Part shown: in pieces, positions 11,181 through 23,958 of the stretch | How positions within the stretch are numbered: position 1 is the stretch's first letter | How the letters are laid out: each line of letters begins with the position of its first letter | NCBI GenBank assembly: GCA_963844715.1 | Contig: CAWJPJ010000006.1 | Span: 96,001-160,000 of the forward strand | Length of the DNA: 64,000 nucleotides | Source: an uncultured Phycisphaerales bacterium | Lineage (GTDB): Bacteria > Planctomycetota > Phycisphaerae > Tepidisphaerales > Tepidisphaeraceae | Direction of reading: 5' to 3' | Position numbers and translations under genes: made by a program | The notes under the pieces: model-generated | The model's database searches: none | Told to the model about the DNA's origin: nothing | Seen by the model: only the letters and a program-made list of their open reading frames with translations

Positions 11181-12616
11181 TTATATGCCAGACTCAACGC
11201 CGCCCACATCCCCCACATCCAACCGATACTTTCGCATCTTTTTGTAAAGCGTCGTGCGATTGATATCCAATTCCGCCGCGGTGGATTGGCGGTTCCAGGC
11301 ATTTCGCTTCAGCGCCGCCTCGATTATCCGCCGCTCGGGGCCTTCCAGGGCAAATTCCAATGGCATCGGCGAATCCGGCACTTCGCCGGCGGGTTTGCTG
11401 GCGACGGTTTTGCTTTCAACTGTCTGCAAAGTCTCCGGCAAATCCTCGACGTCCACCTGCGGCCGCCGGCAGAGGACGACCGCGCGCTCGATCGCGTTTT
11501 CCAATTCCCGCACGTTGCCCGGCCACTGATAGCGCTGCAGAGCCGCCATCGCCGCCTCGGAAAAGCCCAGTATCTCCCGCCCGCTCTCCTTGCAGAAATG
11601 GCGTAGGAAATGGCCGGCCAGCAGCGGGATGTCGCCCAATCGCTCGCGCAGGTTGGGCAGGCGGATGGTTACCACGTTGATTCGATAATAAAGGTCCTGC
11701 CGGAATTTCTGCTCGCCCACAAGCAGGGCGAGATCGACGTTGCTGGCCAGCAGCACGCGCACGTCGACGGTTTTTGTGTCGCTGCTCCCGACCGGCTCGA
11801 ACGGCCCGCTCCTGCAACACGCGCAGGAGTTTCACCTGCATGGCGGGAGAGGCCGAGTTGATTTCATCCAGAAAAAGCGTTCCGCCGTCGGCGGCCAGGA
11901 AGCGGCCGGGTTTGTCGGCGATCGCGCCGGTGAACGCGCCTTTGACATGCCCGAAGAGTTCGCTCTCCAAGCAGCGTTTCCGGGAGTGCCCCGCAGCTTA
12001 CTTCCACGAACGGCTTATCCCGCCGGGGCGAGCGATGATGAATCGCCCGCGCCAGCAGCGATTTTCCCGTTCCGCTTTCGCCGGTAATCAGCGCCGTCGT
12101 CCGGCTATCGGCGACCGCATCGACCAGGTCGAAAATCTTCAGCATCTTGTAATCATGCCCAACGATATTCTCCAGGCCGAAGCGCAGATCGAGCTGATGC
12201 TTGAGCGTTTGGTTTTCGAATAGAAGCGATTGCTGGCGAGCCGCTTTTTCGACGACCACGCGGATTTCGTCATCGACGATCGGCTTGGTGAGATAATCGA
12301 ACGCCCCCATTTTGGTGGCTTCAACCGCCCCCTCGATGGACCCGTAGCTGGTGATAACGATAGATGACCACATGCGGGAATCGCCGCCGAACGTCGCGTA
12401 AGAAATTCCGCCGGCTTGATGCCGGGCATGTTGACGTCAGCCAAAAGGAGGTCGATCAGACCCGTCTCCATCTGACCGGCCGCGTCGGAGGGAGAATCGC
12501 TGACTCGGACGTCGTATCCCTCCCGGCCCAGGAATTGGGCCAGCGACTGAAGGATGATGCGGTCCTCATCGAGGATTAATACGCGGCGGCTTATGAATAA
12601 CGTTAGATTGCAACAT
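11181..12616 (-). CDS. Sigma-54-dependent response regulator, NtrC family (several frameshifts)
   Basis: Receiver domain ([17 protein letters not shown]), AAA+ domain ([46 protein letters not shown]) and Fis-type HTH. Confidence 0.9.
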
Positions 12617-12983
12617 AGAGCCCGAATCCCACGTGTTTCAGGAACGCAACGCGTGCTTCCGATTCTCTCCATCGGCATACCGCGACGTTGACGCTAAACA
12701 TCAATTAGATTTTCACCCAGGTTTGGCAGATTTGAGCGATGCGTTTTATTGGACGACTAACGAGCGAGGAATTTTATCGGCTGAATCGACGTTGCTCCGA
12801 AGACGTTTTCGCCTGTATACGATTAAGAGAATGCGGGCAGGAAATTGTCTGCGCAAACAACTCTTTGCGGGTTATTTTGGCGATTTCCGCATCCGATTCC
12901 TTTTTAGAGAGTTTCCCTGCATACTACGGGCCGCAGGAACCACAGCCGCGAGCCAATGCAGATAGCTTTAGGATAAACAAGTC

Positions 12984-14098
12984 ATGCGCATAGGCGTTCC
13001 CAAGGAAATAAAACCGGACGAATATCGAGTCGCGTTGATGCCCGTTGGGGCGGAAGTATTGGTCAAGGCGGGGCATCAGGTTTTGGTCGAAAGTTCCGCC
13101 GGGACATCCAGCGGCTTCACCGATGACAGCTACAGGGCGGCGGGGGCGACGATTGTGCCAAGTCACGCCGACGCCATCGGCGGAATGGACCTGGTCATCA
13201 AGGTCAAGGAGCCGCAGTCGTCGGAGATCGCGCTCTTTCGGCCGGGGCAGATCATATTCACGTACTTTCATCTGGCGGCTTCGCCGGAACTGACGCAGGC
13301 GTGCCTGGAATCGGAAATTATCGCCATCGCGTATGAGACGATCAAAGACCGGAACGGCCGATTGCCTTGCCTGATTCCGATGAGCGAGATCGCCGGGAAG
13401 ATGAGCATTCAGGAGGGGGCCAAGTATCTTGAGAAGCCGATGATGGGGCGCGGGATTTTGCTTGGGGGCGTGCCTGGCGTTGCGCCGGCGAATGTGCTGG
13501 TGCTGGGCGGGGGAACTGTGGGCACGCACGCCGCCGCGTTGCGGCGGGTTTGGGGGCGAGCGTCGCCCTCATGGATACGAATCTCGACCGCCTGCGATAT
13601 CTGTCCGAAGTGATGCCGGCGAACGTGAAGACGATCTTCAGCGATCCGCACAACGTGCGCGACTATCTCCGCAACGCGGATCTGATCATCGGCGCGGTGC
13701 TCATCCCCGGCGCTAAGGCGCCTCGTCTGGTGACACGGCAGAACCTCGTGGAAATGCGCAACGGCGCGGTGATCGTGGACGTGGCGATCGACCAGGGCGG
13801 ATGCGTGGAGACCAGCCGCCCGACGACGCACGCGCAGCCGACATTTGTCGTGGAGAACATCGTGCATTATTGCGTCGCCAACATGCCCGGCGCGGTGGGG
13901 CGGACCAGTACGATCGCCCTTTGCAACGCGACGCTGCCTTACGCCGTGAGGATCGCCAATCGCGGGTACGAGAAAGCCGCTTTGGAGGATCCCGGCTTGA
14001 TGGAAGGGATCAACCTGGTTGGCGGCCGCATCACCAACGCGCCGGTCGCCGAATCGCTCCACATGCCTTACAAGCCGTTGAAGCCTAAAGTGGCGTAG
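12984..14098 (+). CDS. ald: Alanine dehydrogenase (frameshift near 13540)
   Basis: MRIGVPKEIK-EYRV, KVKEP, FTYFHLA, PMSEIAG, VAIDQGGCVETS, YCVANMPGAV. Confidence 0.95.
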
Positions 14099-14105
14099 GC
14101 ACACC

Positions 14106-14426
14106 ATGCCCGATTCTTCAGACCGTCTCGATAAGCTGCAAAAGCTTTTGGAAAAGTCGCCCGGCGACACGTTCTTGCTTTATGCCATGGCGATGGAGCA
14201 TAAAAAGTCGGGCAATTCCGCTGCCGCGCTGGAATATTTCGACCAGGTGATTCTGCACGATTGGGGATACTGCTACGCCTATCACCAGAAGGGTTTGCTT
14301 TTGGAATCGCTGGGAAAGACCGAAGAAGCCAAGGCGGCGTATCGCCACGGGATCGATGCCGCGACGAAGAAGAACGACCATCACGCCCGGGAGGAAATCG
14401 CCGCCGCGCTGCAGATGGTGGAATGA
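14106..14426 (+). CDS. Small TPR protein
   Basis: RLDKLQKLLEKSPGDTFLLYAMAME and YAYHQKG TPR-like helices. Confidence 0.8.
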   Translation: MPDSSDRLDKLQKLLEKSPGDTFLLYAMAMEHKKSGNSAAALEYFDQVILHDWGYCYAYHQKGLLLESLGKTEEAKAAYRHGIDAATKKNDHHAREEIAAALQMVE

Positions 14427-14430
14427 GCGT

Positions 14431-14572
14431 CCCCTCTCCCCGTGTACGCACGGGGAGAGGGTCAGGGTGAGGGGCCGATTTCGAATTTCGAGGGATGCCC
14501 CTCACCCATCCTGCGGAAACTAAAGGAAGGGGACAGGAAGTGCTCTCCCCACGAGTACGTGGGGAGAGGGGA
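14431..14572. repeat. REP/MITE-like palindromic element (same family as 4564-4674)
   Basis: CCCCTCTCCCCGTGTACGCACGGGGAGAGGGTCAGGGTGAGGGG, a TTTCGAA spacer, then an interrupted inverted unit. Confidence 0.85.
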
Positions 14573-14589
14573 CCTGAGACTGGGAGACA

Positions 14590-15504
14590 ATGCTCGACGA
14601 CCTGCTCAAGTTCCTCGATAGCCCAAGATGGGGCCGCCAGAATGTCTGGCGGACCGCCATTTGGAAAAATATGTCGCGCCTGGGCCTGAGCGGGATGCAC
14701 GCGCTGCCTGTGAACAGGCGCTGGGTGGAGATTCATCGCCGCGACATGTGCCTGCCAAATCTCGATCCGGCGCTGGCGGGCCTCAAGATCGTGCAAATAT
14801 CCGATCTTCATTACAGCCCGGTTGTTTGGCAAAAATATCTGATCCAATATTTGCGGTGGGTGAATGAAATCAAACCCGCCCTGGTCGTCGTCACAGGGGA
14901 CTTGATCACCGGCGGGTATCGCTTCGCTCCGCGCGTCGCGACGCTTCTGTCGCACCTGAAAGCAACGCACGGCATCGTCTGCACATTCGGCAATCACGAC
15001 TACAGCATCTACGGCAAACGCACCAACGGCGAAGGCCAGCGCCGGGCTGATTATCTGGAAGAATGCCTGAAGAAGCGCGGGCTGATTGTCCTACGCAACG
15101 AAGTCATGCAACTCAAGCCCGACAACGGCGGCACGCCGCTGAACATCGTCGGCCTGGACGATGAATGGTCGGGCAACATCGATCCCGAAAAGGCCTTTGC
15201 CAACCTCGATCCGAACAGCCCCACGATTTGTCTGAATCACAATCCCGCCAATGTGAAACAGCTTCTAAAATTCGCCTGGCAATGGATGCTGAGCGGCCAC
15301 ACGCACGGGCGGCAAGTCGCGACGAGCCCAATCGGGCGGACGATGTATCCCAATCGGTACCGGCACTACACGCATGGGCATTACCTTGTCGCGGGGCGGA
15401 ATCTTTACGTAAATCGGGGGATCGGCTACGGCCAGCGCGACCAGCAATGGTGCCGGCCGGAGATATCTGTATTTGCACTCCAGCCCGAAAAACGCGACGG
15501 ATAG
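14590..15504 (+). CDS. Metallophosphoesterase (YkuE-like)
   Basis: ISDLH, TGDL, GNHDY, NHNP, SGHTHG and VNRGIG motifs. Confidence 0.9.
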   Translation: MLDDLLKFLDSPRWGRQNVWRTAIWKNMSRLGLSGMHALPVNRRWVEIHRRDMCLPNLDPALAGLKIVQISDLHYSPVVWQKYLIQYLRWVNEIKPALVVVTGDLITGGYRFAPRVATLLSHLKATHGIVCTFGNHDYSIYGKRTNGEGQRRADYLEECLKKRGLIVLRNEVMQLKPDNGGTPLNIVGLDDEWSGNIDPEKAFANLDPNSPTICLNHNPANVKQLLKFAWQWMLSGHTHGRQVATSPIGRTMYPNRYRHYTHGHYLVAGRNLYVNRGIGYGQRDQQWCRPEISVFALQPEKRDG

Positions 15505-15579
15505 CTATCCGGTGGCTTTGGACGGAAGTGCATTCGATATTTGTAATTCGTCGCCCCATGCCGTATTCTCTTTTTTTTA

Positions 15580-16113
15580 ATGCGGAACGTGTACGATGAG
15601 TCGGACGTCCGGCGGACTATTTCCGCCCTGGTCGGCCGTATTGCTTCCGCGTTTTCCCCCGATTCCACGCTGAATATCGTCGGCATCCGCACCCGCGGCG
15701 AAGTGCTGGCGGCTCGAATCACCCAGATGCTCAAGGATCGCGGCTTCGCCCATATCGGGCGCGGGGTTTTGGATATCACGCTTTATCGCGATGATCTTTC
15801 GGAGATCGGGCCGCGGCCGCTGGTCCGTCCGACGGATATTCACATCGATATCGACCAGCACCCGCTTCTGCTCATCGACGATGTGCTTTTTACGGGCAGG
15901 TCCGTCCGGGCCGCGCTGGATGCCCTCAGCGACTTCGGCCGGCCTGGGGCGATTCGCCTGGCGGTGCTGGTCGATCGCGGCGGGCGCGAGCTGCCGATTC
16001 AGGCGGATTTCGTCGGGCTGACGCTTGCGGATATTCCGCGAGATCATCGGGTGAACGTGAAATTGGTGGAAACGGACGGGCGGGACGAAATTCTTGTGGA
16101 GCCGCGGGAATGA
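15580..16113 (+). CDS. pyrR: PyrR pyrimidine regulator/uracil phosphoribosyltransferase
   Basis: GIRTRG, LDITLYRDDL, DDVLFTGRSVRAA, LVDRGGRELPIQADFVG. Confidence 0.95.
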   Translation: MRNVYDESDVRRTISALVGRIASAFSPDSTLNIVGIRTRGEVLAARITQMLKDRGFAHIGRGVLDITLYRDDLSEIGPRPLVRPTDIHIDIDQHPLLLIDDVLFTGRSVRAALDALSDFGRPGAIRLAVLVDRGGRELPIQADFVGLTLADIPRDHRVNVKLVETDGRDEILVEPRE

Positions 16114-17075
16114 AAAAAGAGCGTGCACATTCCGCCGGGCATGAACCGCTCCGCTGGACGCGAAAGCATTTGCTGGCGCTTCAGGAACTTTCGGCGGCGG
16201 AAATCGAACTTTTGCTCAACACCGCCGATTCGTTCAAGGAAGTGTCGACGCGCAGCGTGAAAAAAGTTCCCGCGTTACGCGGCCGCGTGATGGTCAACGC
16301 CTTTTTCGAGGACAGCACGCGTACGCGGACGAGTTTTTCCCTCGCGGCGTCCCGACTCTCGGCGGACGTGATCGACTTTTCGGAAAAAGGCTCTTCAGTC
16401 AGCAAGGGCGAAACGCTCATCGATACCGCTCGAAATATCGAAGCGATGGGGATCGACATTATTGTTCTGCGCCATCAGGCGGCCGGAGCGGCGGAGATTC
16501 TTTCCCGCAGCGTGCAATGCAGCGTGGTGAACGCCGGCGACGGGGCGCATGAGCATCCGACTCAGGGGTTGCTTGATCTTTACACGATTCGCGAGCGATT
16601 TGGGAAAATCGCCGGATTGAAAGTGGCGATCGTCGGCGATATCGCCAACAGCCGCGTGGCGCGGTCGAATTTATGGGGATTATCGAAGATGGGCGCGGAA
16701 GTGATTCTGGTCGGCCCGCCGACGCTTTTGCCGAGGTCTTTTGAATCTCTGGGGCGCGGTGCGTGAATGATTTTGATTCCGTCGTCGGGGAAGTGGACGT
16801 GGTGAACATGCTGCGCGTGCAATTTGAGCGCATCGCGTCGCAGCCAATTTCCTTCGGTGCGGGAATTCACGAAATTCTTCGGCTTGACGCACGAGCGATT
16901 CCGGCGGTGCAAGAAGGACGTGTTTGTGATGCATCCGGGGCCGATGAATCGGGGAATAGAAATCGGCTCGGAAATCGCGGATGGGCCGAACAGCGGAATT
17001 CTGACGCAAGTGACAAACGGCTTGGCGGTGCGCATGGCGGTTTTGTATTTGGTTGCCGGTTCGGGAGGAAACTAA
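16110..17075 (+). CDS. pyrB: Aspartate carbamoyltransferase catalytic subunit (frameshifts near 16760-16850)
   Basis: [49 protein letters not shown]. Confidence 0.95.
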
Positions 17076-17101
17076 ATGCACTGCGAATCAAAACAAAGAA
17101 T

Positions 17102-17198
17102 TCTCTGTATGCTCTGTGTCCTCTGTGCTCTCTGTGCCAATGCTGTTGAATTTAAAAGAGCCGGCACAGAGGACACAGAGAGCACGGAGGACACAGAG
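17102..17198. repeat. Inverted cluster of CTCTGTG/CACAGAG short repeats (MITE-like hairpin)
   Basis: ctctgtgtcctctgtgctctctgtgcc ... ggcacagaggacacagagagcacggaggacacagag between pyrB and pyrC. Confidence 0.8.
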
Positions 17199-17207
17199 TA
17201 AGAAAAT

Positions 17208-18486
17208 ATGGCTTCAATACTGATTCAAAACGGGACGATTCTTGATCCTTCGCAGGAGATGCAAAGGCGTGGGGATTTGCTGATTCGCGATGGGAAGATT
17301 GCCGCTGTGGGGGAGAATCTTGGCAAAGCGGATCGGGTGATTGAGGCGGCGAATTGTTTTGTTACTCCGGGGCTGATCGATATTCATGTGCATTTTCGGG
17401 AGCCTGGCGATGAAGAGGAAGAAACGATCGCCAGCGGATCGGCGGCGGCTGTGGCCGGGGGATTTACTTCCGTTTGTTGCATGCCGAATACTAAACCGCC
17501 GCTGGATAATGAGGGGCAGATTGAATTGGTGCTGCAGAGAAGCGCAGCGGGTTTCGCTGGCGAATGTTCATCCGATCGGGGCGATCACCAAAGAGCGAAA
17601 GGGGAAGGAACTGGCGGAAATCGGGTCGATGCTTCAGCGCGGGGCGATCGCGTTTAGCGATGACGGCGTGGGCGTGGCCGACCCGTCCGTCATGCGCAAG
17701 GCGCTTCAGTATTGCAAGATGTTCGATGCGCTGATCATGCAGCACTGCGAGGAGCCGACGCTTTCTGGCGGGTCGATGCATGGGGGAATCGTTTCGACGG
17801 AACTGGGTTTGTCGGGGATTCCGGCCGAGGCGGAACAGCTGATGATCGCGCGCGATCTGCTGCTGAATCGCCGGATCGATTGCCGGTATCACATTCAACA
17901 CATCAGCACGGCCTGGAGCGTGGAGCTGGTGCGGCGGGCGAAGAAGGATGGGCAAAAGGTGTACGGCGGAGGCTTCGCCGCATCATCTTGCTGCTGACGG
18001 ATGAGTCGTGCCGGGGATATGACGCGGATTTCAAGATGAATCCGCCACTGCGAACGGCGGCGGATGTGGCGGCGTGCATCGCGGGAGTCAAGGACGGCAC
18101 GATCGACTGCCTGGCGACGGATCATGCGCCGCATCTGAGGGAAGAGAAAGAGGTCGAGTTCGCGGCGGCTTCGTTTGGGATTATCGGGTTGGAATGTGCG
18201 CTGCCGCTGTATGTGAAGGCGCTGGTTGAGCCGGGGCATGTGACGTGGATGAAGCTGATCGAGCTGATGTCGATGCGGCCGGCGAAGAATCGTCAAGCTG
18301 GATCGCGGGTCGCTACGCGTGGGGGCGGCGGCGGATGTGACTGTGATCGATCCGAATCGAAAGTGGCGGATCGATTCGGAGAAGTTTGTTAGTAAGAGTC
18401 GGAACTGTCCGTTTGATGGGTGGGAAGTGGTGGGGAAGGCGGTGGGGACGGTGGTGGGAGGGGTGGTGAGGCACGACGGGATGTAG
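17208..18486 (+). CDS. pyrC: Dihydroorotase (several frameshifts)
   Basis: PGLIDIHVHFREPG, MPNTKP, FSDDG, HCEE, KMNPPLR, ATDHAPH, SKSRNCPF. Confidence 0.93.
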
Positions 18487-18507
18487 GCACGAAGGGGTGC
18501 GGTCAAG

Positions 18508-18563
18508 TCCGAAACCAGAAACCAGAAATCCGAATCAAGCCCGAATGGCCGAGGGTTCGAATC
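18508..18563. repeat. Degenerate short tandem repeat tract (CCAGAAA/CCGAAT type)
   Basis: Shares GAAACCAGAAATCCGAAT with the tract at 30551-30616. Confidence 0.7.
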
Positions 18564-18578
18564 GGGTGCCGGCCGCGA

Positions 18579-21365
18579 TCAATTAAGTGAGTCCGCGCCG
18601 CTAGGAACTGACGTGGATGCGGGTCGCGTGGTGGCACCATCAACCGATTGAGATAGAACTTGATTCGACACCGATTGACCCCGCCAGAAAGCTGCCTGTT
18701 CAGGTTTACCACTTTCGGCGTAGTACTCGACCAGGTCTTCGAGCGCTGCGTGAATTTCGCCTGCATCGAGATCTTTTGCCGTTGCCAGGTCTCGCTTGAG
18801 AAGGAATGATATTGTAGTACCGAGACAACCCGCAGCGCGGACGGTGATCGCATTACTAACGCCAAGCTTTGGCCGGGATAACTTCAACGTCTGGTCCGAT
18901 AGCAGGAGTGCTTCGCTAAACCTTGTTGCATCCCGATATGCGTCGCACAGATTGTTGGCGGTATTCAGTGCGCGGGGGTGATCGGCACCCAACACTTGTT
19001 TCATCCGGATGAGCGCTTCCTCCAACATTGGCACCGCCAGCCCCAACTGGCCTTCCACGCGATAGGCAAGGCCGAGATTGTTCATCACGTCCAGCGTGAG
19101 GGGGTCATCGGCGCCCATTTTCCCTTTGGTCAATTCAAGTGCCTTGACAAGGATGGTTACCGCATCGGCCGGCCTACCAGCGGCGCGGTAACTGTCCCCC
19201 AGAGCATCCATCGTATTCAGCGTATCCTGATGCTCGGGTCCAAATTTGGCTTGACACAGCGGCAGTGTTTCTTCGAGCAATTGCACGGCGTCGCGAGGGC
19301 GGCCGGCGATACGGTAAGCGCTTGCAAGATTGGTTGAGGTATTGAGAGTTTCTCGATGGGTCGGACCGTATTTGATTTTAATCAACGTGAGTGTACGTTC
19401 AAACAAGGCGGCCGCGTCATCGATGCGCCCTGTTCCCTCATAGGCCAGCGCAAGATTATTCATTGTGGCCAGGGTTAGCGGATCGTCGTCCTTCAAATTA
19501 GCCTGGCAACGTTTCAGCGCGTCCTCAAGCATCCTCACAGAATCCTCCGGCCTGCCGGCGGAGTGATAGGCATCTCCGAGGTCCTTCATCGTACAGAGGG
19601 TGATCTTGCCATTCGGGCCACATCTTGCTTCGGAAAGTTGCAGCGTTTGCTCTAAAAAAGGCACTTCTTCCGCCAGCCGTCGATCGATGCGGTAAACCTG
19701 CACAATATCAAGATCAATACCAAGGGTATCGGGATGGTCGGCGCCGAGCGCGGCCTGATCGATGTTCCTGGCGGTCTGGAGAAGCTCCAAAGCTCTGGTC
19801 GTCCTTCCCAGACCGGCATAGGCTTGGCCCAAAGCGTCAAGCAGCGCCGCCCTAGTCGGCGGCGTACCGGCAAAGGTTCCGTCCAGGTCGGCAGCCGCGC
19901 GATCAAGAACATCGATGGCTTTCAGATTGCCTCCATCGCGATACGGATCGATGGACTGAAACATTTGCAGCAAGTGCTTGCTCGCAGCCTGCGCCTGGGT
20001 TCGGGCTTTTTCAGAGTCGCTAAGGGCGATCTCCACCTGTCGCGCGGCGCGGGCGACCCGTAGAGCTTGCCAGGTGCTTACGAGCGCGGCCATCAAGAGC
20101 GATGCGCCGACCAAGGATGCGGCGCCAAAGGCGAGTCTGTTGCGGCGCACTAATTTTCGAAAGCGATAGACCGCGCTGGGCGGTCTGGCCATAATTGTTT
20201 CGTCGCTCAAGTAGTGTTGAATGTCGATCGCCAGTGAACTAGCCGTGTCATAACGCCTGGCGCGATCCTTCTCGAGGCACTTCATCACGATCCAGTCCAG
20301 GTCGCCGCGGAGCATTTGATGCAATCGCCTGGGATCGCAGCGGCGCTGATCGGCCAGGGCGGTCAGCCGGTCATGCGCCAGTGTGCTGAGGCGAGTGCTG
20401 GGCCTCGGCGGCTCAACTTCGCGGATGAACCGCTGAATCTCGGCGTAACCGGCCTTCATCAATTCGTTGGGGTCAAAGGGAGTGCTTCCGGTGAGCAGCT
20501 CGTAGAGCAGAACGCCCAAGCTGTAGATGTCGCTTCGTGTATCGACATCCAACCCGCTCATTTGTGCCTGCTCCGGGCTGATGTAGGCGGGGGTGCCCAT
20601 CATTTGACAAAATCCCGTGAACAGTGTGCGCTCGGTTAACCGGCTTTGTGTGGCCTTGGCGATGCCGAAGTCGATGACTTTTGGCACGGCCTTGTCATCG
20701 TGCATCGTCACCAGAACATTGGTTGGTTTGATGTCGCGATGAATGATCCCCTTCTGGTGGGCATGCTGAACTGCGCTACAAATCTGGACAAAGAGGTCCA
20801 ACCGCTGGCGCGTGCTGAGCTTGTTGACGTCGCAGTATTCGGTTGCCGGTACACCCTTGACCAACTCCATGACAAAGTAGGGCCTGCCGGTCTCAGTTGT
20901 GCCGGCATCGAAAACCTTGGCGATGTTAGGATGATCCATCATCGCCAGCGCTTGCCGCTCGGCCTCAAAGCGAGCGATGACCTGCCTGGTATCCATGCCC
21001 GGTTTGATGATCTTGACGGCGACCTTGCGTCGGACGGGGCTGGCCTGCTCGGCCATGAAGACGCAACCGAATCCCCCTTCGCCAATCTGTTGAAGAAGCT
21101 TATAGCGGCCGATCTGGCTGCCCGGGCCTTCAGAGACTCTTCCCGAGAACGCCGCACCCAGAGGCGGATCTACGCCAACGGTCGGGTTGGCCAGAAAATC
21201 GCTTTCTGCGGTCTGGAGCGCTGATAAAAGCGATTCGACCTGGGCTCTCAAATCGGCGGCTTCGCCGCAGGCTTGGTCCAGGAACTGACTACGCTGTTCG
21301 GCGGGCAATTCCAGGGCCTTGGCGAACACGTCGCGAAGCTTCGGATGATCGGGTTGCTCCTTCAT
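18579..21365 (-). CDS. Ser/Thr protein kinase with TM helix and C-terminal kinesin-light-chain-type TPR repeats
   Basis: [40 protein letters not shown]; repeated GxDHPxTL...MNNLA. Confidence 0.95.
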   Translation of the reverse strand: MKEQPDHPKLRDVFAKALELPAEQRSQFLDQACGEAADLRAQVESLLSALQTAESDFLANPTVGVDPPLGAAFSGRVSEGPGSQIGRYKLLQQIGEGGFGCVFMAEQASPVRRKVAVKIIKPGMDTRQVIARFEAERQALAMMDHPNIAKVFDAGTTETGRPYFVMELVKGVPATEYCDVNKLSTRQRLDLFVQICSAVQHAHQKGIIHRDIKPTNVLVTMHDDKAVPKVIDFGIAKATQSRLTERTLFTGFCQMMGTPAYISPEQAQMSGLDVDTRSDIYSLGVLLYELLTGSTPFDPNELMKAGYAEIQRFIREVEPPRPSTRLSTLAHDRLTALADQRRCDPRRLHQMLRGDLDWIVMKCLEKDRARRYDTASSLAIDIQHYLSDETIMARPPSAVYRFRKLVRRNRLAFGAASLVGASLLMAALVSTWQALRVARAARQVEIALSDSEKARTQAQAASKHLLQMFQSIDPYRDGGNLKAIDVLDRAAADLDGTFAGTPPTRAALLDALGQAYAGLGRTTRALELLQTARNIDQAALGADHPDTLGIDLDIVQVYRIDRRLAEEVPFLEQTLQLSEARCGPNGKITLCTMKDLGDAYHSAGRPEDSVRMLEDALKRCQANLKDDDPLTLATMNNLALAYEGTGRIDDAAALFERTLTLIKIKYGPTHRETLNTSTNLASAYRIAGRPRDAVQLLEETLPLCQAKFGPEHQDTLNTMDALGDSYRAAGRPADAVTILVKALELTKGKMGADDPLTLDVMNNLGLAYRVEGQLGLAVPMLEEALIRMKQVLGADHPRALNTANNLCDAYRDATRFSEALLLSDQTLKLSRPKLGVSNAITVRAAGCLGTTISFLLKRDLATAKDLDAGEIHAALEDLVEYYAESGKPEQAAFWRGQSVSNQVLSQSVDGATTRPASTSVPSGADSLN

Positions 21366-21922
21366 GGTTCGTCCATCAGTTGACGCTTCAGCCAGGCCCG
21401 GGCAAAGGTCCAGTCGCGCCGGACCGTGGAAGCCGATACCCCCAGGACATGGGCCGTCTCATCCACACTCAAACCGCCGTAAAAGCGGAGTCGCACAATC
21501 TGCGCAAGATCGGGCGACTCCTTCTCTAGGCGAGAAATCGCTTCATCAACCGCCAGGAATTCCGGGAATCGGTCCTCCATGGCCAGATCGAGTACGTTGT
21601 TCATAGGAACGCGTTTGCGAGCGCCGCCTCGCTTAGGGCCACCGCGGGCACGGGCATGATCGATCAGGATTCGCCGCATCGCTTCGGCGGCGGCGAAGAA
21701 GAAGTGGCTGCGACTGGACCAGCGAATATCTCGATTGCCCAGCAGCTTCAGATACGCCTCGTGCACCAAAGCCGTTGCCTGGAGCGTGTGCCCCGCCCGC
21801 TCGGACTTCATGCGGCTCCGCGCCAAGCCGCGTAGCTGTTCATAGACCAGGGGCAGGAGCCTTGCGGCTGCCGATGCATCACCTTGCTGAGCCTGGTCGA
21901 GCAAGCGAGTGAAGTGTTGCAT
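21362..21922 (-). CDS. ECF sigma factor, planctomycete kinase-associated type
   Basis: [59 protein letters not shown]; 4-bp overlap with the kinase gene. Confidence 0.92.
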   Translation of the reverse strand: MQHFTRLLDQAQQGDASAAARLLPLVYEQLRGLARSRMKSERAGHTLQATALVHEAYLKLLGNRDIRWSSRSHFFFAAAEAMRRILIDHARARGGPKRGGARKRVPMNNVLDLAMEDRFPEFLAVDEAISRLEKESPDLAQIVRLRFYGGLSVDETAHVLGVSASTVRRDWTFARAWLKRQLMDEP

Positions 21923-23064
21923 TGGCGCAGATGACACGTCCCACCATACTTTTCGCATGCAAACGGGTTCTAGCACGAGAGTTCTGAATGAAGGGCTAGG
22001 GGGGTAGTCTACGCCGTTCGCACGCACGAAAGCAAGCTCCATTCGGCATCAATGAGAGACATGGCTAACAAAAGCAACAAATCTTGATTGGTCCGCAAGG
22101 CGTTTCTCGCCTTTATCCATGTTGGCTTGTTTTGCGCGAGCGGAGCGGTAAATGGACCGGAACCAGGCACGTAGGGTGAAAGAAGAATGAAATGCCTCGA
22201 TCGAACCTACTTCATCGTGCCAAAGTCGCGACTCTGGGGGGTGCTGCATTGCGAAGCAATCGAGGGTTGCCGGTTGCAGCATCTATAGTGGTGCTATTGA
22301 GTATGGCGATTCCCGCGCATGCGTTGGTAATCAATCCGACCTTTGACAGTTCGTTGACAAGCCTCGCAAACGCGGCGCAGTGGGAATCTGCAATCAACTA
22401 TGCGGACGGGCAAATTGCCTCGCTTTTCACCAACCCGATTACCATTAACATTACGTTCAAGGCGGATTCGAGCACGGACGTCAATGGACATAATGACTTC
22501 AACGGTCAATCGGTTGGCAGTTATGCCACGGTGAAGACCATCCTGGCCGCTCACGCCACGTCGGCGGATGACGCAACATCGGTTGCCAATCTTCCGATTT
22601 CAGATCCGACGGGCGGCGGGAACTTTATATTTGCGGATGCTCAAGCGAAGGCTTTGGGCGTTCGTAGCGCCAATAACTCAAGCACGGATGGCACCATCAC
22701 CTTTGGTGACGAGTATCCCTATACATTCGACCCCAACAATCGGGCGGTCAGCGGTTCCTTCGATTTGATCGGCATCGCGGAACATGAGATCACGGAGGTC
22801 ATGGGTCGAGTGGGCGACGCAAACATCTCCGGCGGCAATTTCGGAGTCCTTGACTTGTTCGGATACCAATTCGGCCCAGGCGGCACGGGTATCGGAGTCC
22901 TTAACGTTGCCCAGAATCAGGATAACAATTATTTCTGCATAGACGGCGGTGTTACACCCCTGAAGCTGTACAACAACCACTCCGACGGCGGGGACGATAA
23001 AGATTCGGCGCCCGGAACCGACGACTCGTTCGATTCAAACATTTCATCCGGCGCCGCCTACTTA

Positions 23065-23958
23065 GAGCCTCTAACAAAAATGCGAATGAAGCCTGTTCCA
23101 ACAGATCATTGCCTCACCCACGGTCATGAACGCGGCGTGGATGTCGGGCCGTTTTTCGTAACGGACTCGCAGTCGGCGATTCTGATGCAACCAACTCAGC
23201 GTACGCTCCACCGGCCAGCGGGTTTTGCCAAGACCACTTCCGTGCGGGCGGTTGCGTCGGGCCAGCAACGGGCGGCTGCCACGCTGACGCAACGCCTTTC
23301 GGTGCGGTTCGGAGTGATACGCCCGGTCTCCCTGCACCACCTCGAACCGCCAGCGCGGCCGGCCCGGTTTGCCCGAGACCTTTGGAATCGCATCGATCAG
23401 CGGCAGCAGTTGCGTGATGTCGTGGCGGTTGGCCGCCGTCAGGAGGGCAACCATCGGCGTGCCGTTGCCATCGGTCAATACATGGTGCTTGGAACCGTTT
23501 TTCCTGCGATCTACCGGGCTCGGACCCGTTTTTTTCCCCCGTGCACGGCCCGCACGGAAGCAGAATCCACCAAGGCCCGCGACCAGTCGATGGCATTCGA
23601 CCGCCGCAATCGATTCAGCAATAGTCCGTGCAGCTTCGTCCAAACCCCACGATGGTTCCAATCGCGCAGTCGACGCCAGCAACTCATGCCGCTGCCGCAT
23701 CCCATCTCCTGGGGAAGGTATTCCCACGGAATGCCGGTTTTGAGCACGAACAGAATACCCGACAACGCCGCGCGATCGTCCAGCGGCGGCCGGCCGCGCT
23801 TTCCTGGACCACTGCGGTGCTTGGGAAGCAGGGGTCGGATCAACTCCCAAAGCTCGTCGGTCACCAACGGCTTGGTCATAAAGCCCTCCATGGCTAAGAC
23901 CAAGCCGTATTGTCCGATCAACCATAAACATGGGGAAGTGCATTTTTGTTAGAGGCTC
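23065..23958 (-). mobile_element. IS5-family insertion sequence, 894 bp
   Basis: Perfect 19-bp TIRs GAGCCTCTAACAAAAATGC (23065-23083) and its reverse complement (23940-23958); TTA duplication at 23062-23064 and 23959-23961. Confidence 0.95.
23071..23879 (-). CDS. IS5 transposase as OrfA/OrfB, probable programmed -1 frameshift at GGGGGAAAAAAA near 23530-23540
   Basis: OrfA TDELWELIRPLLP...GIPWEYLP...CWRRLRDW; OrfB GSKHHVLTDGNG, GDRAY, RWPVERTLSWL, RLRVRYE. Confidence 0.9.

Noticed and set aside
15505..15579. PyrR-binding attenuator upstream of pyrR
   Set aside because: A T run is present but there is no recognisable PyrR-binding loop or terminator stem.
22165..22180. AGGCAC-N5-GTGAA as a sigma-54 promoter for the PEP-CTERM gene
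   Set aside because: The -12 element lacks the conserved GC and sits too close to the first ATG; too weak to call.
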